DNA of 32,000 nt from Synechocystis sp. PCC 6803 substr. PCC-P. Its GTDB lineage: Bacteria > Cyanobacteriota > Cyanobacteriia > Cyanobacteriales > Microcystaceae. Shown in pieces: positions 16,241-26,161 of this stretch. The position numbers were made by a program, and so were the translations under genes. The notes under the pieces are model-generated. The model did not search any database. It had not been told where the DNA came from and was given only the letters and a program-made list of their open reading frames with translations. Location: the NCBI RefSeq assembly GCF_000284455.1, contig NC_017039.1:1200001-1232000 (forward strand), given 5' to 3'. The first letter of the stretch is position 1. The number at the start of each line of letters is the position of its first letter.

Positions 16241-18696
16241 GCAATGGTTACCCCAGCTCCCCCGTCATTTTGGGGCGCTAGGGCATAACTTTTTACCAAG
16301 GGATGGTGGGACAAATATTCCTGCACTCCTTGGCGTAATTTTCCCGTACCTTTGCCATGGATAATCCATAACACCCCGGCATCTAAAGCTTGATTAAGGG
16401 CTTTTTCCAAGCGGGATTCGGCCCGCTCTAGGCGATCGCCGCGGCAGTCCAACGTATTTTTTTCTGTCCGCACTAGCACCGGCGGGGATTTAGCTTCAGT
16501 TGCTGGAGGCTCGGCTTTAACTTTTTTCGGCACAGGTTCCGACTTAGGAGGCGGCTCCACCTTTTTGCCGTTTAGGGATTCAATGTCCGCCATGGGCACC
16601 GTCATTTTCATCAAACCTAGGGTGACGTTAACAGTTTGGGCAGTGGCATTGACCTGGGTCACTTCGGCGGTTTGGCCAAAACTAGGAATACGAATACGTT
16701 CCCCCACTGTGGGCTGGTAACCAATTGGTTTAGGGGCAACTTTTGCTTTTTGTTCAGCCTGAATCTGTCCGAGAATCTCCGTCGCCTGCTGAGCCTTTTG
16801 AGCGCTAGGTTTACCCCGTTGCAGTTGGCGGATAACTTTGGCAATTTCTTCCTTGGCGGCGGCGATCGCCTGTTGCACTTCCTGGTCTTGATAAGACTTT
16901 AATTCCCTTTCCCTCGCCTGCAGACTGGCCGCTTTTTGGGAAACCTGTTGGTAAAAAATTTCCGTTTCCTGGAGTAGCTTTTGTGCATTGGCTGCCTTTT
17001 GTTCCTGTTCCCGTCGCTGACTCTCCAACCCCGCAATGACTTGGTTAATGTCTTCGGAAAAACCGCCTAATTTATCCTTAGCCTGTTCAACTATGGCTAG
17101 GGGCAAACCTAAACGTTGGGCGATCGCCAGGGCGTTGGAACGGCCAGGAATCCCCCAAAGCAAACGGTAGGTGGGGCTGAGACTTTGGTCATCAAATTCC
17201 ACTGAGGCATTTTCAAACCGGGCATCCTGGTATTTCAGCGCCTTCAATTCCCCATAATGGGTGGTGGCCACCGTTAAACAGGGCTGGTCTGCTAAATGAC
17301 GCAATAGGGCGATCGCCAGGGCACTACCCTCGGTAGGATCGGTGCCGGCCCCTACTTCGTCCAGCAAGACTAAAGATGGAAAAATTGGATGGTTGGGAGA
17401 ATCAATTTCCGGGTCCAATACATCCTGAACTCCAGAGGGCAAAGCCTGCAAAATGCGGATAATGCGGCAAATATGCCCCGAAAAGGTGGAAAGATTTTGT
17501 TGTAAAGACTGTTCATCGCCAATATCCGCTAATATCTGGGCAAACCAGGGCATTTCCACTGTTTCCTTAGCAGGAATGTATAACCCCACTTTGGCCATCA
17601 AGGCCACCAAACCCAGAGTTTTGAGGGTAACGGTTTTGCCGCCCGTATTGGGTCCAGTAATGGCAATGACTCGAATTTGAGAATCAATGGTTAACGTGAT
17701 GGGAACCACAGCGGGCCCCCCTTCTTTTTCTGCCTGCCAATGGAGCAGGGGATGGCGCAATTGTCGTAACGTAATCGGCTTTTCATCTCCTGGGGTCAAC
17801 CATTGGGGAGGATGGGCCCCCAACCAAAAGCTATAGCGTACTCTGGCCGTGGCCAAATCCAAGCGGGTGGCGATCGCCAACAGATGTTCCAAATCCAGCA
17901 GAACTTCTAAAACTTGATCACTCAGTTGTCGCAGAATCCGTTCTTCTTCCGTTTGCTCCTGACGACGGGCTTGCCGCAGTTTATTGCCCAATTCCACAAT
18001 GGCTTGGGGCTCCACATACAGGGTGTTACCACTGGCGGAACTATCATGGACAATGCCGGGCATCTGTTCTTTGTAACCCGCTTTGATGGGTAAAACAAAT
18101 CTGTCCCCCCGTTGGGTAATTACTGCTTCCTGGAGGGCATTGCTTTGGCGTTGAATGATTTTTTGTAGCTTTTGCTGGATTTGCTCCCGTACAGCCTTTA
18201 ATTTTTGGCGAATTTCCCCCAATTTGGGGCTAGCCCGCTCGGCCACTTTGCCATCTTCCCCTAGGCAATGGTGGATGGCCTGTTCCAATTCCGGTAGGGT
18301 TCTTACTTCCGCCACCAAGGTTTGCAAAATTTCCAGGTCATCCCGTTCTTCGATGACCCGCCGCAATCTCCTTACCCCTGCTAACGTGCCGGCGATCGCC
18401 AACAGTTCCAGCCCCGTAACCAAACCGCCCCGTTCTACCCGGGCCAAAGGTTCAGTAATGTCGGCAATACCTTTAAAATGCCAATTACTTTCCGGAGAAT
18501 TTTCAATCGATTCCACCGCCTGGGTTTGGGCTAGCAATTCCCGACTTTCTTCCCACTGGGAAGGGGGCAATAAGTAGCGGGCGGCGATCGCCCCTAAGGG
18601 AGTTTGGGTAAAAGTGGACAAATGCTGACAAAGCCTGGGCCACTCCAACAGGGCCAAGGTCTCTTCCGCAATGGTTAAATTGGTGGAATCACTCAC
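16228..18696 (-). CDS. mutS2: Endonuclease MutS2 (MutS domain V ATPase plus C-terminal Smr domain)
   Basis: 822 aa with a GTG start. Walker A is ITGPNTGGKTV. DEVGAGTDP is present. The C-terminal Smr is LDCRGDRLERAESRLEKAL...LWIIHGKGTGKLR. Confidence 0.95.
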   Translation of the reverse strand: MSDSTNLTIAEETLALLEWPRLCQHLSTFTQTPLGAIAARYLLPPSQWEESRELLAQTQAVESIENSPESNWHFKGIADITEPLARVERGGLVTGLELLAIAGTLAGVRRLRRVIEERDDLEILQTLVAEVRTLPELEQAIHHCLGEDGKVAERASPKLGEIRQKLKAVREQIQQKLQKIIQRQSNALQEAVITQRGDRFVLPIKAGYKEQMPGIVHDSSASGNTLYVEPQAIVELGNKLRQARRQEQTEEERILRQLSDQVLEVLLDLEHLLAIATRLDLATARVRYSFWLGAHPPQWLTPGDEKPITLRQLRHPLLHWQAEKEGGPAVVPITLTIDSQIRVIAITGPNTGGKTVTLKTLGLVALMAKVGLYIPAKETVEMPWFAQILADIGDEQSLQQNLSTFSGHICRIIRILQALPSGVQDVLDPEIDSPNHPIFPSLVLLDEVGAGTDPTEGSALAIALLRHLADQPCLTVATTHYGELKALKYQDARFENASVEFDDQSLSPTYRLLWGIPGRSNALAIAQRLGLPLAIVEQAKDKLGGFSEDINQVIAGLESQRREQEQKAANAQKLLQETEIFYQQVSQKAASLQARERELKSYQDQEVQQAIAAAKEEIAKVIRQLQRGKPSAQKAQQATEILGQIQAEQKAKVAPKPIGYQPTVGERIRIPSFGQTAEVTQVNATAQTVNVTLGLMKMTVPMADIESLNGKKVEPPPKSEPVPKKVKAEPPATEAKSPPVLVRTEKNTLDCRGDRLERAESRLEKALNQALDAGVLWIIHGKGTGKLRQGVQEYLSHHPLVKSYALAPQNDGGAGVTIAYLR

Positions 18697-18725
18697 TCTT
18701 TATGTCTTCGCGCATACTAAATCTA

Positions 18726-19490
18726 TTAACTGTCCTGGTTATCCTCAGAAAAATCCACAAGCACTATGGTGATGTTGTCCGAGCCGCCGGCATTTTTGGC
18801 TTCTTCAATTAATTGGACAGCCTGATCATCACAATTCCCCTGACCAGTGAGGATTTTTTCAATTAAATTATCGGGCACTTCCTCCGTTAAGCCATCGCTA
18901 CACATCATAAAGGTGTCTCCCGGTTGGGCATCTAGAGCTTCCACCTCGATAAAATTCAAATCCTGCCGCCCCAAACATTGAAACAGCACATGGCGCCAGG
19001 GGTGGACCTTAGCCTGGGCCGGGTCAATGTCCCCCATTTTCAAGGCCCTGGCCACCCAGGTATGGTCCTCCGTCACCCGCTCCAATTGCTGATTTCGTAA
19101 ACGATATAGGCGAGAATCCCCCACATGGGCCCGCCAAGCACCATCTTCCCGAAAGGCGATTAACACTGCGGTGGTACCCATATCCCGCCGTTCCAGGTTA
19201 ATTTTTTGATCCTCAAGAATACCTTCATTGGCATCCATTAGTGCATCCCTCAGCAATTGTTCCGAGGTAATCTCCGATTGCCAGTAGGTGTCCAGGTAAT
19301 CCCGTACCCTTTCCACTGCAATCCGACTGGCCTCTTCTCCTCCGGCGTGCCCCCCCATACCATCGGCGACAATGTAAAATCGTCCCTCTGGATCAAGGTA
19401 AAAACTATCCTGATTGTACTGACGAACTAGACCGGGATCCGTCTTTCCCGTGGAACTACAACTAACAACTGATAAATTCACTTCTGTCAC
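18726..19490 (-). CDS. pphA: PP2C-type (PPM) protein serine/threonine phosphatase
   Basis: 254 aa with a GTG start. NQDSF, VADGMGGHAGGEEAS, MCSDGL and GGSDNITIV are PPM motifs. Size and context match my memory of the PII phosphatase PphA of Synechocystis. Confidence 0.85.
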   Translation of the reverse strand: MTEVNLSVVSCSSTGKTDPGLVRQYNQDSFYLDPEGRFYIVADGMGGHAGGEEASRIAVERVRDYLDTYWQSEITSEQLLRDALMDANEGILEDQKINLERRDMGTTAVLIAFREDGAWRAHVGDSRLYRLRNQQLERVTEDHTWVARALKMGDIDPAQAKVHPWRHVLFQCLGRQDLNFIEVEALDAQPGDTFMMCSDGLTEEVPDNLIEKILTGQGNCDDQAVQLIEEAKNAGGSDNITIVLVDFSEDNQDS

Positions 19491-19544
19491 AGGCCTTAGA
19501 AAATTGGGTTAGTTTTTAGTGGGCAGAGAGAGAGTGCTTGTCTT

Positions 19545-21302
19545 TTAAAACATCCGGTCCTGTCTTTCCAAACGTTTTAATAATCGCCAGAGGGCAAAGG
19601 CTGGCACCAATGACATTAATAATACAACCGCCGCCGCCATAAAATAATTATTTACAAACAATAGCGTGGCTGATAGGACCAAAGCACAGGTAAATAAAAC
19701 ATAGTTGGTGCCCATTTGCATAGTACCCATCCGTCGCAAAAGTCGATCAGTTTCCGTTGATCTAACCCGAACTCGGATATCTCCCCGGTCTAAACGGTCA
19801 AGGCTGTCTTCAATGCGCCGGGGTAGCCCCAAGGCACTATTACCCACCTGCACCGCCTGGCGACCTAGTTCATCCATAATGTTACCGGCGGGGTTAAAAC
19901 CATTGGAATTGTTCATAATTTGTAAAGCGAAGGGTTGGGCCACAGCCATGAAATTGAAATCCGGATCTAACCCTTTTCCCACCCCCTCCAGGGTCGAAAA
20001 AGCCCGCATCACAAAGGTAAAAGTTGCCGGAAAACGGAAAGGTTGATCGTAGGCAATCTCGTAAAGGTCGTCACTAATTTTGGTAATGGACTGTTCTTCA
20101 AAGGGTTTATCCATGAAGTTATCCAACAAAAATTGCACCGATCGCCGGATAGGGCCCATATCTTCCGTTTCCTTCAGGGCTCCCAGGGCCACCAGGGAAT
20201 TGACAATGCGCTCGGCATTTTTTTCCGCTACCCCGAATAGGGTATCCATGAGTTTATTTTTCGTGTCCGGGGTAATTTCCCCCATCATGCCAAAGTCATA
20301 GAAAATTAATTCCCCTGCTTCCGGGCTGACGGCCAAATTACCAGGGTGGGGATCGGCATGGAAAAAGCCATGGTTCAGCAGTTGGAACAAGTATGCTCGG
20401 GCCCCCAGTTGGGCCAACTCTTTTCGTTCTAACCCCGCCGCTTCTAGGGCATCGTAGTGGCTGATTTTAATGCCGGGCAAATATTCCAACGTCAAAATTT
20501 GGGTGGAGGTGTAGCGCCAATAAACCCGGGGCACCTTAACCCAATCTTCCCCCCGGAAGTTACGCCGAAAGGTATCGGCACTGCGTCCTTCCCGGAGATA
20601 ATCCGTTTCCTGCCAGAGGATTTTGCAACATTCCTCGTAAATGCCGTTCCAGTCCCGGCCCCGGCCCCATTTGGGATGGTTTTGGAAATATTGGGCAATT
20701 TTTTTCAGGATGGCCAGGTCAATGGTAAACAGTTTTTTTAACCCTGGCCGTTGCACTTTCACCACCACATCTTCGCCGGTGTGCAACTGAGCTTTGTGCA
20801 CTTGGCCCAAGCTAGCTGCTGCTAAAGGGACGGGGTCAAAACTACGATACAGTTTGGCGATCGGTTTACCTAATTCCTCTTCAATGATGCCGGCGGCCTG
20901 TTCGTAGCTAAAGGCGGGCACCTCATCTTGAAGCTTGGACAGTTCCTCCACATATTCCGCTGGAAACAAATCGGAACGGGTGGAAAATAACTGTCCCACT
21001 TTAATGAAGGTAGGACCAAGGCTAAGCAAATTTTCTCGAATCCATTTGGCTTGACGCCGCCGCCGTTGCTGGAGTTTTTCTTCCGTGTAACCTCCGGCAT
21101 AGCTCCACTTTTTGCCGTTTAACCAGAATTGGTACAGCAATGTCAACACAAAGCCCCAAATATCGATGCGCCGCCGGGTGATGGAATAGTTACCCCGATT
21201 CCAGCGATACCGACCCTCCGCTTCTAGGGGCGATCGCCGTTGGGGGGGCAGAGATTCAGAATAGGAATTTGTGGGCTCAAGCTTAGTGGATAGGGCAGAC
21301 AC
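19545..21302 (-). CDS. ABC1/UbiB-family atypical kinase with C-terminal transmembrane helices
   Basis: 585 aa. FIKVGQLFSTRSDLFP, AAASLGQVHKA and FFHADPHPGNL are ABC1 signatures, and the C-terminus is hydrophobic. The start coordinate is taken from the ORF track; I could not confirm the start codon by eye. Confidence 0.9.
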   Translation of the reverse strand: MSALSTKLEPTNSYSESLPPQRRSPLEAEGRYRWNRGNYSITRRRIDIWGFVLTLLYQFWLNGKKWSYAGGYTEEKLQQRRRRQAKWIRENLLSLGPTFIKVGQLFSTRSDLFPAEYVEELSKLQDEVPAFSYEQAAGIIEEELGKPIAKLYRSFDPVPLAAASLGQVHKAQLHTGEDVVVKVQRPGLKKLFTIDLAILKKIAQYFQNHPKWGRGRDWNGIYEECCKILWQETDYLREGRSADTFRRNFRGEDWVKVPRVYWRYTSTQILTLEYLPGIKISHYDALEAAGLERKELAQLGARAYLFQLLNHGFFHADPHPGNLAVSPEAGELIFYDFGMMGEITPDTKNKLMDTLFGVAEKNAERIVNSLVALGALKETEDMGPIRRSVQFLLDNFMDKPFEEQSITKISDDLYEIAYDQPFRFPATFTFVMRAFSTLEGVGKGLDPDFNFMAVAQPFALQIMNNSNGFNPAGNIMDELGRQAVQVGNSALGLPRRIEDSLDRLDRGDIRVRVRSTETDRLLRRMGTMQMGTNYVLFTCALVLSATLLFVNNYFMAAAVVLLMSLVPAFALWRLLKRLERQDRMF

Positions 21303-21361
21303 ACTGATACAAAGAAAGGACTAAAGGAAATAATACGGAATGGGAAGATAGGGAATTAAAT

Positions 21362-21544
21362 TTATGAAGTAGGGGTTTCTTCGTGTTTTTTTTCAGGATG
21401 GACATTAGGGATTACATAGGTGCGACCGCTGATAGCCTCTCTTCTTTTTGTGTCTTCGTACATTGCCTGTAAATCGTGGTTAAAAGACTTAGAGTAAGCA
21501 CGACGAAGTTTATGAATTTTTTCAACGATTTCATCCTTAAACAT
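21362..21544 (-). CDS. Small hypothetical protein (60 aa)
   Basis: ATG preceded by AGGAG at about 7 nt (reverse complement of 21545-21561 reads CTTTTAGGAGACTAGCC). Charged helical sequence with no recognised domain. Confidence 0.5.
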   Translation of the reverse strand: MFKDEIVEKIHKLRRAYSKSFNHDLQAMYEDTKRREAISGRTYVIPNVHPEKKHEETPTS

Positions 21545-21681
21545 GGCTAGTCTCCTAAAAGTTCATAGGGCGTAAACAGTATCGGTAATTTGAATCCAAA
21601 ATCAAACTCTGACTAGGTCTAGCAGTTAGATATTCAAAAATACTGGTTTTTAGGTAAACAGTTTCAGCCATGAAAGTTCGG

Positions 21682-21999
21682 TTAACCCTGGTTATCCCGG
21701 TAGTTTTTCAACTCGGATTTGAGGCTAGCAATTTCTGCCCGCAGTTTATCCAATGTTTCCTGCAACTCATCCGCACTAACCGGGCCATCCACCGTGGCGA
21801 TCGCCGCCCCCTCCTGGGTGACATCATTGGCCGCGCGGGATTGCACCTCGGCAATGAATTGACGTAGGTTTTCCCGTTGTTCCGCATCAAACTTGCCCAA
21901 CTCACTCAGGGCATTGGTTACGCCGTCTTCTACCTTTTCGCTGAGGACTTCGGCAAAGGCGCGGCCGAGAAAAAAGGCCTGGAGGACTTGGTTTTGCAT
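21682..21999 (-). CDS. Conserved hypothetical helical protein (105 aa)
   Basis: The [29 protein letters not shown]... starts 9 nt after the stop of the upstream ORF, which suggests translational coupling. Two antisense/alternative-frame ORFs in the track look like shadows. Confidence 0.6.
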
Positions 22000-22008
22000 G
22001 GACTTTTT

Positions 22009-22281
22009 TTATGGTTGCATTTGTAAAGAATTATAACGTGCCCCACCATGATTCTCATCCTCCCCCTGGGAATCTAAATTCCAGCCGGCTTGGGGAGGGA
22101 AACTTTGCTCAGAACGGAACAGACCACCACTGTCCTGGGGCTCCGTGGGCACCGACGGGTCTGCCACTACCCTGGGGGGAGCCGACCGTAGAGCCATGCC
22201 AAAGCCCATGCCCGCCGCCAACATAATGCCCGCTGTGAACACAAGAGTTTGTCCCAGGGGATGGGGAGCTAAAATGCGCAT
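22009..22281 (-). CDS. Hypothetical small membrane/secreted protein (90 aa)
   Basis: ATG at 22281. The N-terminal hydrophobic segment is LVFTAGIMLAAGMGFGMAL. It is tightly linked to the downstream ORF. There is no homology signal. Confidence 0.4.
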   Translation of the reverse strand: MRILAPHPLGQTLVFTAGIMLAAGMGFGMALRSAPPRVVADPSVPTEPQDSGGLFRSEQSFPPQAGWNLDSQGEDENHGGARYNSLQMQP

Positions 22282-22326
22282 ACGTATGAAGTTAACTGTT
22301 TGCTAACTGTAGAATAAAAGGCCAGC

Positions 22327-22503
22327 CTAGGCATCGGGGAAGGTATTTTCAAAATCTTCGATCAAGTCGTCTAATTCCGCCAGAGCTTGGGAAACGTCCA
22401 GGGAAAGGATGCCCAGGTTAGGTTGCTCCGCCAGGTCTTCGAGGAATTTACGCTTTTGTTTGATGGTCAGGATGCGTTCTTGCAACGTGGTTTTATCCAG
22501 CAT
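22327..22503 (-). CDS. Unlisted small ORF, 58 aa, acidic helical protein
   Basis: My own translation: MLDKTTLQERILTIKQKRKFLEDLAEQPNLGILSLDVSQALAELDDLIEDFENTFPDA*. The ATG is at 22503-22501 and the TAG at 22329-22327. It falls just under the 60-aa track cutoff. It is on the same strand as its neighbours and in series with them. Confidence 0.45.
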   Translation of the reverse strand: MLDKTTLQERILTIKQKRKFLEDLAEQPNLGILSLDVSQALAELDDLIEDFENTFPDA

Positions 22504-22640
22504 GGTGATTAAGGAAAATTAGGAGTTCACTTTTGAGTTATAGCCCTTTTCAGCCGGGCTAACAATGGCACAATCTACAACGCCAGCAAAATTTTAAGGG
22601 TTTGCTTAACCGGGAGTTTGGCCATCAAGAAGGCAAATTA

Positions 22641-22663
22641 ATGGACTCGAAGACTCAGTCCAT
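22641..22663 (-). terminator. Perfect 7-bp inverted repeat downstream of the permease gene (candidate terminator)
   Basis: ATGGACT-cgaagactc-AGTCCAT. On the minus strand it is followed by TAATTTGCCTTCTT. It lies about 75 nt after the stop at 22738. The stem is short, so support is weak. Confidence 0.25.
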
Positions 22664-22737
22664 CGAATGTCTGACCATCACCAAGGGCCTCTTCGGTAGA
22701 CATAATGGGAATTTCTAATCATGGCAACGCTTCTCCA

Positions 22738-23745
22738 TTACCAACGAATGCGGGGGTCCACCAGTTGGTAAATCAAATCCGCCAAACTACTGAAAAAGAC
22801 AATTAAAACGGCATAAAGAAAAGTGACCGCCATCACCACGGGGGTGTCACTGCGATAAATGGATTCAATTAACAAAGCTCCAATGCCTGGTACTCGGAAA
22901 ACCTGCTCAGTTACTAAAGCTCCGGTGAAAATGGTGGGTACATCCAGGGCAATAAGGGTGATTAGGGGCAAAGAAGCATTTTTTAAAAGATGGTTTTTCA
23001 ACATTCCCCAGGTGCCTAAACCTTTGGCATAGGCGGTGCGAATGTAATTTTGGGGCAACTCTTCCAACGCGGCGGAACGGACAAAGCGTAGAATTACCGC
23101 CGATTGATAGAACACTAACACCCCCACTGGCATCAATAGTTGACGGATTTGGGTTCCCAAACTAGCCATGCTATCCACCGTCAGAGTGCTGTCGTAAATG
23201 AAGGGTAACCACCTCAACTGCACACTAAAAATTAGGATGAACAGTAACCCGGTCAAAAAAGTGGGCAGGGAAAAGCCCATTAAACTGATGCCACTGATTA
23301 ACGGTTCCCACCACCGTCCCCGGTACAATGCCGCTGTCACTCCCAAAGGAATGGCGATCGCCAAACTGATCAGGTAGGCCGTGCCCATTAACCACAACGT
23401 TGTCGGTAGCCTTTGACCAATCAAATCAATTACGGGACTACGGCTGGTGAAGGAATAACCCAAATCCCCCTGCAAAAGACTCCATAACCATTTTAGGTAA
23501 CGGATGGGTAACGCTTGGTCCAGCCCCAAACTGCGGCGCAAATTGTCCCGCACTTCCTGGGAAATGGAGGGGTTAGTGGCCAATTCCCCCAAAGGATTGC
23601 CCGGGGCGAGGGCTAACAAACTAAAAATCACTAAACTAATGCCCAACAAGGTGATGACGGCGATCGCCAAACGTTTACAGATCAGGCCAACGGCAGGGGG
23701 CAAGGGGGACATGGGCATAGATAACAGTGGGACGCACCAAGGCAA
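22738..23745 (-). CDS. ABC transporter permease, peptide/nickel (DppB/OppB/AppB-like) family
   Basis: 335 aa with a TTG start in the track; ATG alternatives are at 23718 and 23712. It has six hydrophobic helices and an EAA-like loop ELPQNYIRTAYAKGLGTWGMLKNHLLKNA. No partner permease, ATPase or SBP gene is adjacent. Confidence 0.85.
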   Translation of the reverse strand: MPWCVPLLSMPMSPLPPAVGLICKRLAIAVITLLGISLVIFSLLALAPGNPLGELATNPSISQEVRDNLRRSLGLDQALPIRYLKWLWSLLQGDLGYSFTSRSPVIDLIGQRLPTTLWLMGTAYLISLAIAIPLGVTAALYRGRWWEPLISGISLMGFSLPTFLTGLLFILIFSVQLRWLPFIYDSTLTVDSMASLGTQIRQLLMPVGVLVFYQSAVILRFVRSAALEELPQNYIRTAYAKGLGTWGMLKNHLLKNASLPLITLIALDVPTIFTGALVTEQVFRVPGIGALLIESIYRSDTPVVMAVTFLYAVLIVFFSSLADLIYQLVDPRIRW

Positions 23746-23848
23746 TTAAGCACAAAAAGGGGAATTTTTTCTGTAACTGACAGCTTAAACTTTTGTGATA
23801 GGCTATGCGAGATAAACCGATCTAAGCTTAATTTTTCAGGGGATTGCC

Positions 23849-24913
23849 ATGCGTGTGGGGCTGTTATTTGGTGGGTGTTCTGGGGAGCATGAAGTCTCGA
23901 TCAAATCCGCCCAGGCGATCGCCAAAGCATTGGCCAGCGACGATAACCAAACCAAATATCAAGTAAGCCCTTTTTATATTCAAAAAAATGGCGTTTGGCT
24001 GGGGCCAGACGTTTCTCAACAGGTTTTGGACCAGGGAGTTCCCTGGGGGGATCAGCCCGTTACGGCCGGACAACGGTGGCAGTTTCCCCCCGAAGCGGCC
24101 CGAATGGAGGTGTGGTTTCCCATTTTGCACGGCCCCAACGGTGAAGATGGCACAGTGCAGGGGTTATTTAGTTTGATGCAAGTGCCCTATGTGGGCAGTG
24201 GCGTGCTGGGTTCCTGTGTGGGCATGGATAAATTGGCGATGAAAATGGTCTTTGAACGGGCAGGGTTGCCCCAGGTCAATTACATGGGGGTAGAACGGGG
24301 GGAAATTTGGTCTAATCCCTGTGTTTTTCCGGCTTTGTGCGAAAAAATTGAAGCCCAGGTGGGCTATCCCTGTTTCGTTAAACCGGCCAACTTAGGCTCC
24401 TCCGTGGGCATTGCCAAAGTGCGGAACCGTAGTGAATTGGAAGCAGCCCTAGACAACGCCGCCAGTTACGATCGCCGCATCATTGTCGAAGCGGGTTTAA
24501 CGGATATTAGGGAAGTGGAATGTGCGGTGCTGGGCAACGAAAATCCCCAAGCTTCCGTGGTGGGGGAAATCACCTACGACAGCGACTTTTACGATTACGA
24601 AACCAAATACACCGATGGCCGCTCCCAAATGCATATCCCCGCCAACTTACCTAAAGCTGTGGTGAACCAGATCCAGACCATGGCCATTCAAGCTTTTAAA
24701 GCTGTGGATGCGGCGGGCTTAGGACGATTGGACTTTTTCTATCAACCGACTACGGGGCAGATTGTCATCAACGAAATTAACACCCTGCCTGGTTTCACCG
24801 CCTTTAGTATGTATCCCGAACTGTGGCGAGCTTCTGGGGTAGAATTTCCTAGCTTAGTGGATCGATTATTACAGTTGGCATTGGACTACCATGGCCGTCC
24901 CGGTCACCAATAA
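23849..24913 (+). CDS. ddl: D-alanine--D-alanine ligase
   Basis: 354 aa. Carries [48 protein letters not shown] and [11 protein letters not shown], which are ATP-grasp Ddl signatures. Confidence 0.95.
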   Translation: MRVGLLFGGCSGEHEVSIKSAQAIAKALASDDNQTKYQVSPFYIQKNGVWLGPDVSQQVLDQGVPWGDQPVTAGQRWQFPPEAARMEVWFPILHGPNGEDGTVQGLFSLMQVPYVGSGVLGSCVGMDKLAMKMVFERAGLPQVNYMGVERGEIWSNPCVFPALCEKIEAQVGYPCFVKPANLGSSVGIAKVRNRSELEAALDNAASYDRRIIVEAGLTDIREVECAVLGNENPQASVVGEITYDSDFYDYETKYTDGRSQMHIPANLPKAVVNQIQTMAIQAFKAVDAAGLGRLDFFYQPTTGQIVINEINTLPGFTAFSMYPELWRASGVEFPSLVDRLLQLALDYHGRPGHQ

Positions 24914-24999
24914 GTGCTTGCTGGTGATCCATCGGAATCACCGATAATCTCCGCTGAAACGCTAAATTTTTCACTCCCAAGGCTTTATTCCCTATCCAT

Positions 25000-25638
25000 A
25001 TGGCCCGTTTGTCCCAGGAATTGCAGGATTATTTCTTTAAGGAAGACCGTGGCCCGACGGTGAACCTGGCCCAGGTTTTGGCGATCGCCAAGGAGAAAAT
25101 TTTTGGCATTGTTCTAGTAATTCTTTCCCTCCCTTCGGCTTTACCGATCCCGGCCCCCGGTTATTCCACCCCCTTTGGCGTACTAATTTTTCTGGTGGCA
25201 ATTCAATTGATGGCTGGTCGTCAGGAGCTCTGGTTACCCCTCTCCTGGCAAAGCAAAACCATTAAAACCAGCAAGGCCCAAGGCATTGTCAAAGCTGGTT
25301 TACCCTGGTTGAAAAGACTAGAGGCGATCGCCCACCCCCGCTTCCCCCTCGTTTGTCAAAGTCGCCTGGGCAAAATTCTCATGGGTATTACCGTTGGCTC
25401 CATGGCCATTTCCATGATGATTCCCATTCCTGGCACCAACACCCTGCCGGCCATGAGTATTTTCATCACTGGTTTTGGTCTCCAGGAGGATGATGGCTTA
25501 ATTACCGGAGCAGGGATGATTTTTTCCGTTTTAATTGGCGTCCTGATGGTTTCTGTGATTTACGTTTTCTTCAACGGCGGTATTACCATCATTGACATTC
25601 TTAAAGATTGGCTCAAAGTCCAGTTTGGCGGGGCTTAA
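25000..25638 (+). CDS. exoD: ExoD-family (exopolysaccharide synthesis) membrane protein
   Basis: 212 aa. LSLPSALPIPAPGYSTPFGVLIFLVAIQLMAGR and the downstream helices fit the ExoD (PF06055-type) pattern. Confidence 0.75.
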   Translation: MARLSQELQDYFFKEDRGPTVNLAQVLAIAKEKIFGIVLVILSLPSALPIPAPGYSTPFGVLIFLVAIQLMAGRQELWLPLSWQSKTIKTSKAQGIVKAGLPWLKRLEAIAHPRFPLVCQSRLGKILMGITVGSMAISMMIPIPGTNTLPAMSIFITGFGLQEDDGLITGAGMIFSVLIGVLMVSVIYVFFNGGITIIDILKDWLKVQFGGA

Positions 25639-25757
25639 ATCCTTAATCTGAGAGTTTTTTGTCTAGTCTTGCTTCAAAAGAGTTGTTGTCCAAACCTTTA
25701 GTAAACCGGGTAAACTCTTGCGGGTTTTACTGGCTAAGCCTATTTTCCAGATACGTT

Positions 25758-26054
25758 TTAAGCCTTTTCTAGGGGAGCCATGGTCAAACCTTCCCGCCGT
25801 AGTTGTTGATGGTACAATTCCGCCTGCTCCTGGGGCCCCACCCAAACAATGGCTAAGCCGTCGAAGTGGACTTGATTAGTTAATTCCCAAGCCCGATCGC
25901 CGGTCATGCCGGGGATGTATTTAAGCAAGCAATCGGACACATGCTGAAACGTGTTGAAATCGTCGTTGAGGACAATTACTTTAAAGTTGGGATAGGTTTT
26001 GCGGACTGTGCTAGTTAGGCGATCGGGGGTGCTGGTGGCGGCGTTGCTAATCAC
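25758..26054 (-). CDS. clpS: ATP-dependent Clp protease adaptor ClpS
   Basis: 98 aa with a GTG start. YPNFKVIVLNDDFNTFQHVSDCLLKYIPGM...AWELTNQVHFDGLAIV is the ClpS core. Confidence 0.9.
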   Translation of the reverse strand: MISNAATSTPDRLTSTVRKTYPNFKVIVLNDDFNTFQHVSDCLLKYIPGMTGDRAWELTNQVHFDGLAIVWVGPQEQAELYHQQLRREGLTMAPLEKA

Positions 26055-26161
26055 GACAGTAATCCGGTTGCTTGAAGACTATAGCCAAATTTTATCCCGA
26101 TACCCTAATCGAGTTTTAGTAGGTTTCCCCTAAATTACCCCAGCTGGTTAACGAAAATTGA

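Noticed and set aside
24923-24942. GGTGAT-ccatcgga-ATCACC hairpin after ddl as an intrinsic terminator
   Set aside because: The stem is only 6 bp and no U-tract follows, which is insufficient.
25663-25845. 60-aa minus-strand ORF overlapping the 3' end of clpS in another frame
   Set aside because: It overlaps the well-supported clpS frame and the exoD-clpS spacer, and it has no signals.
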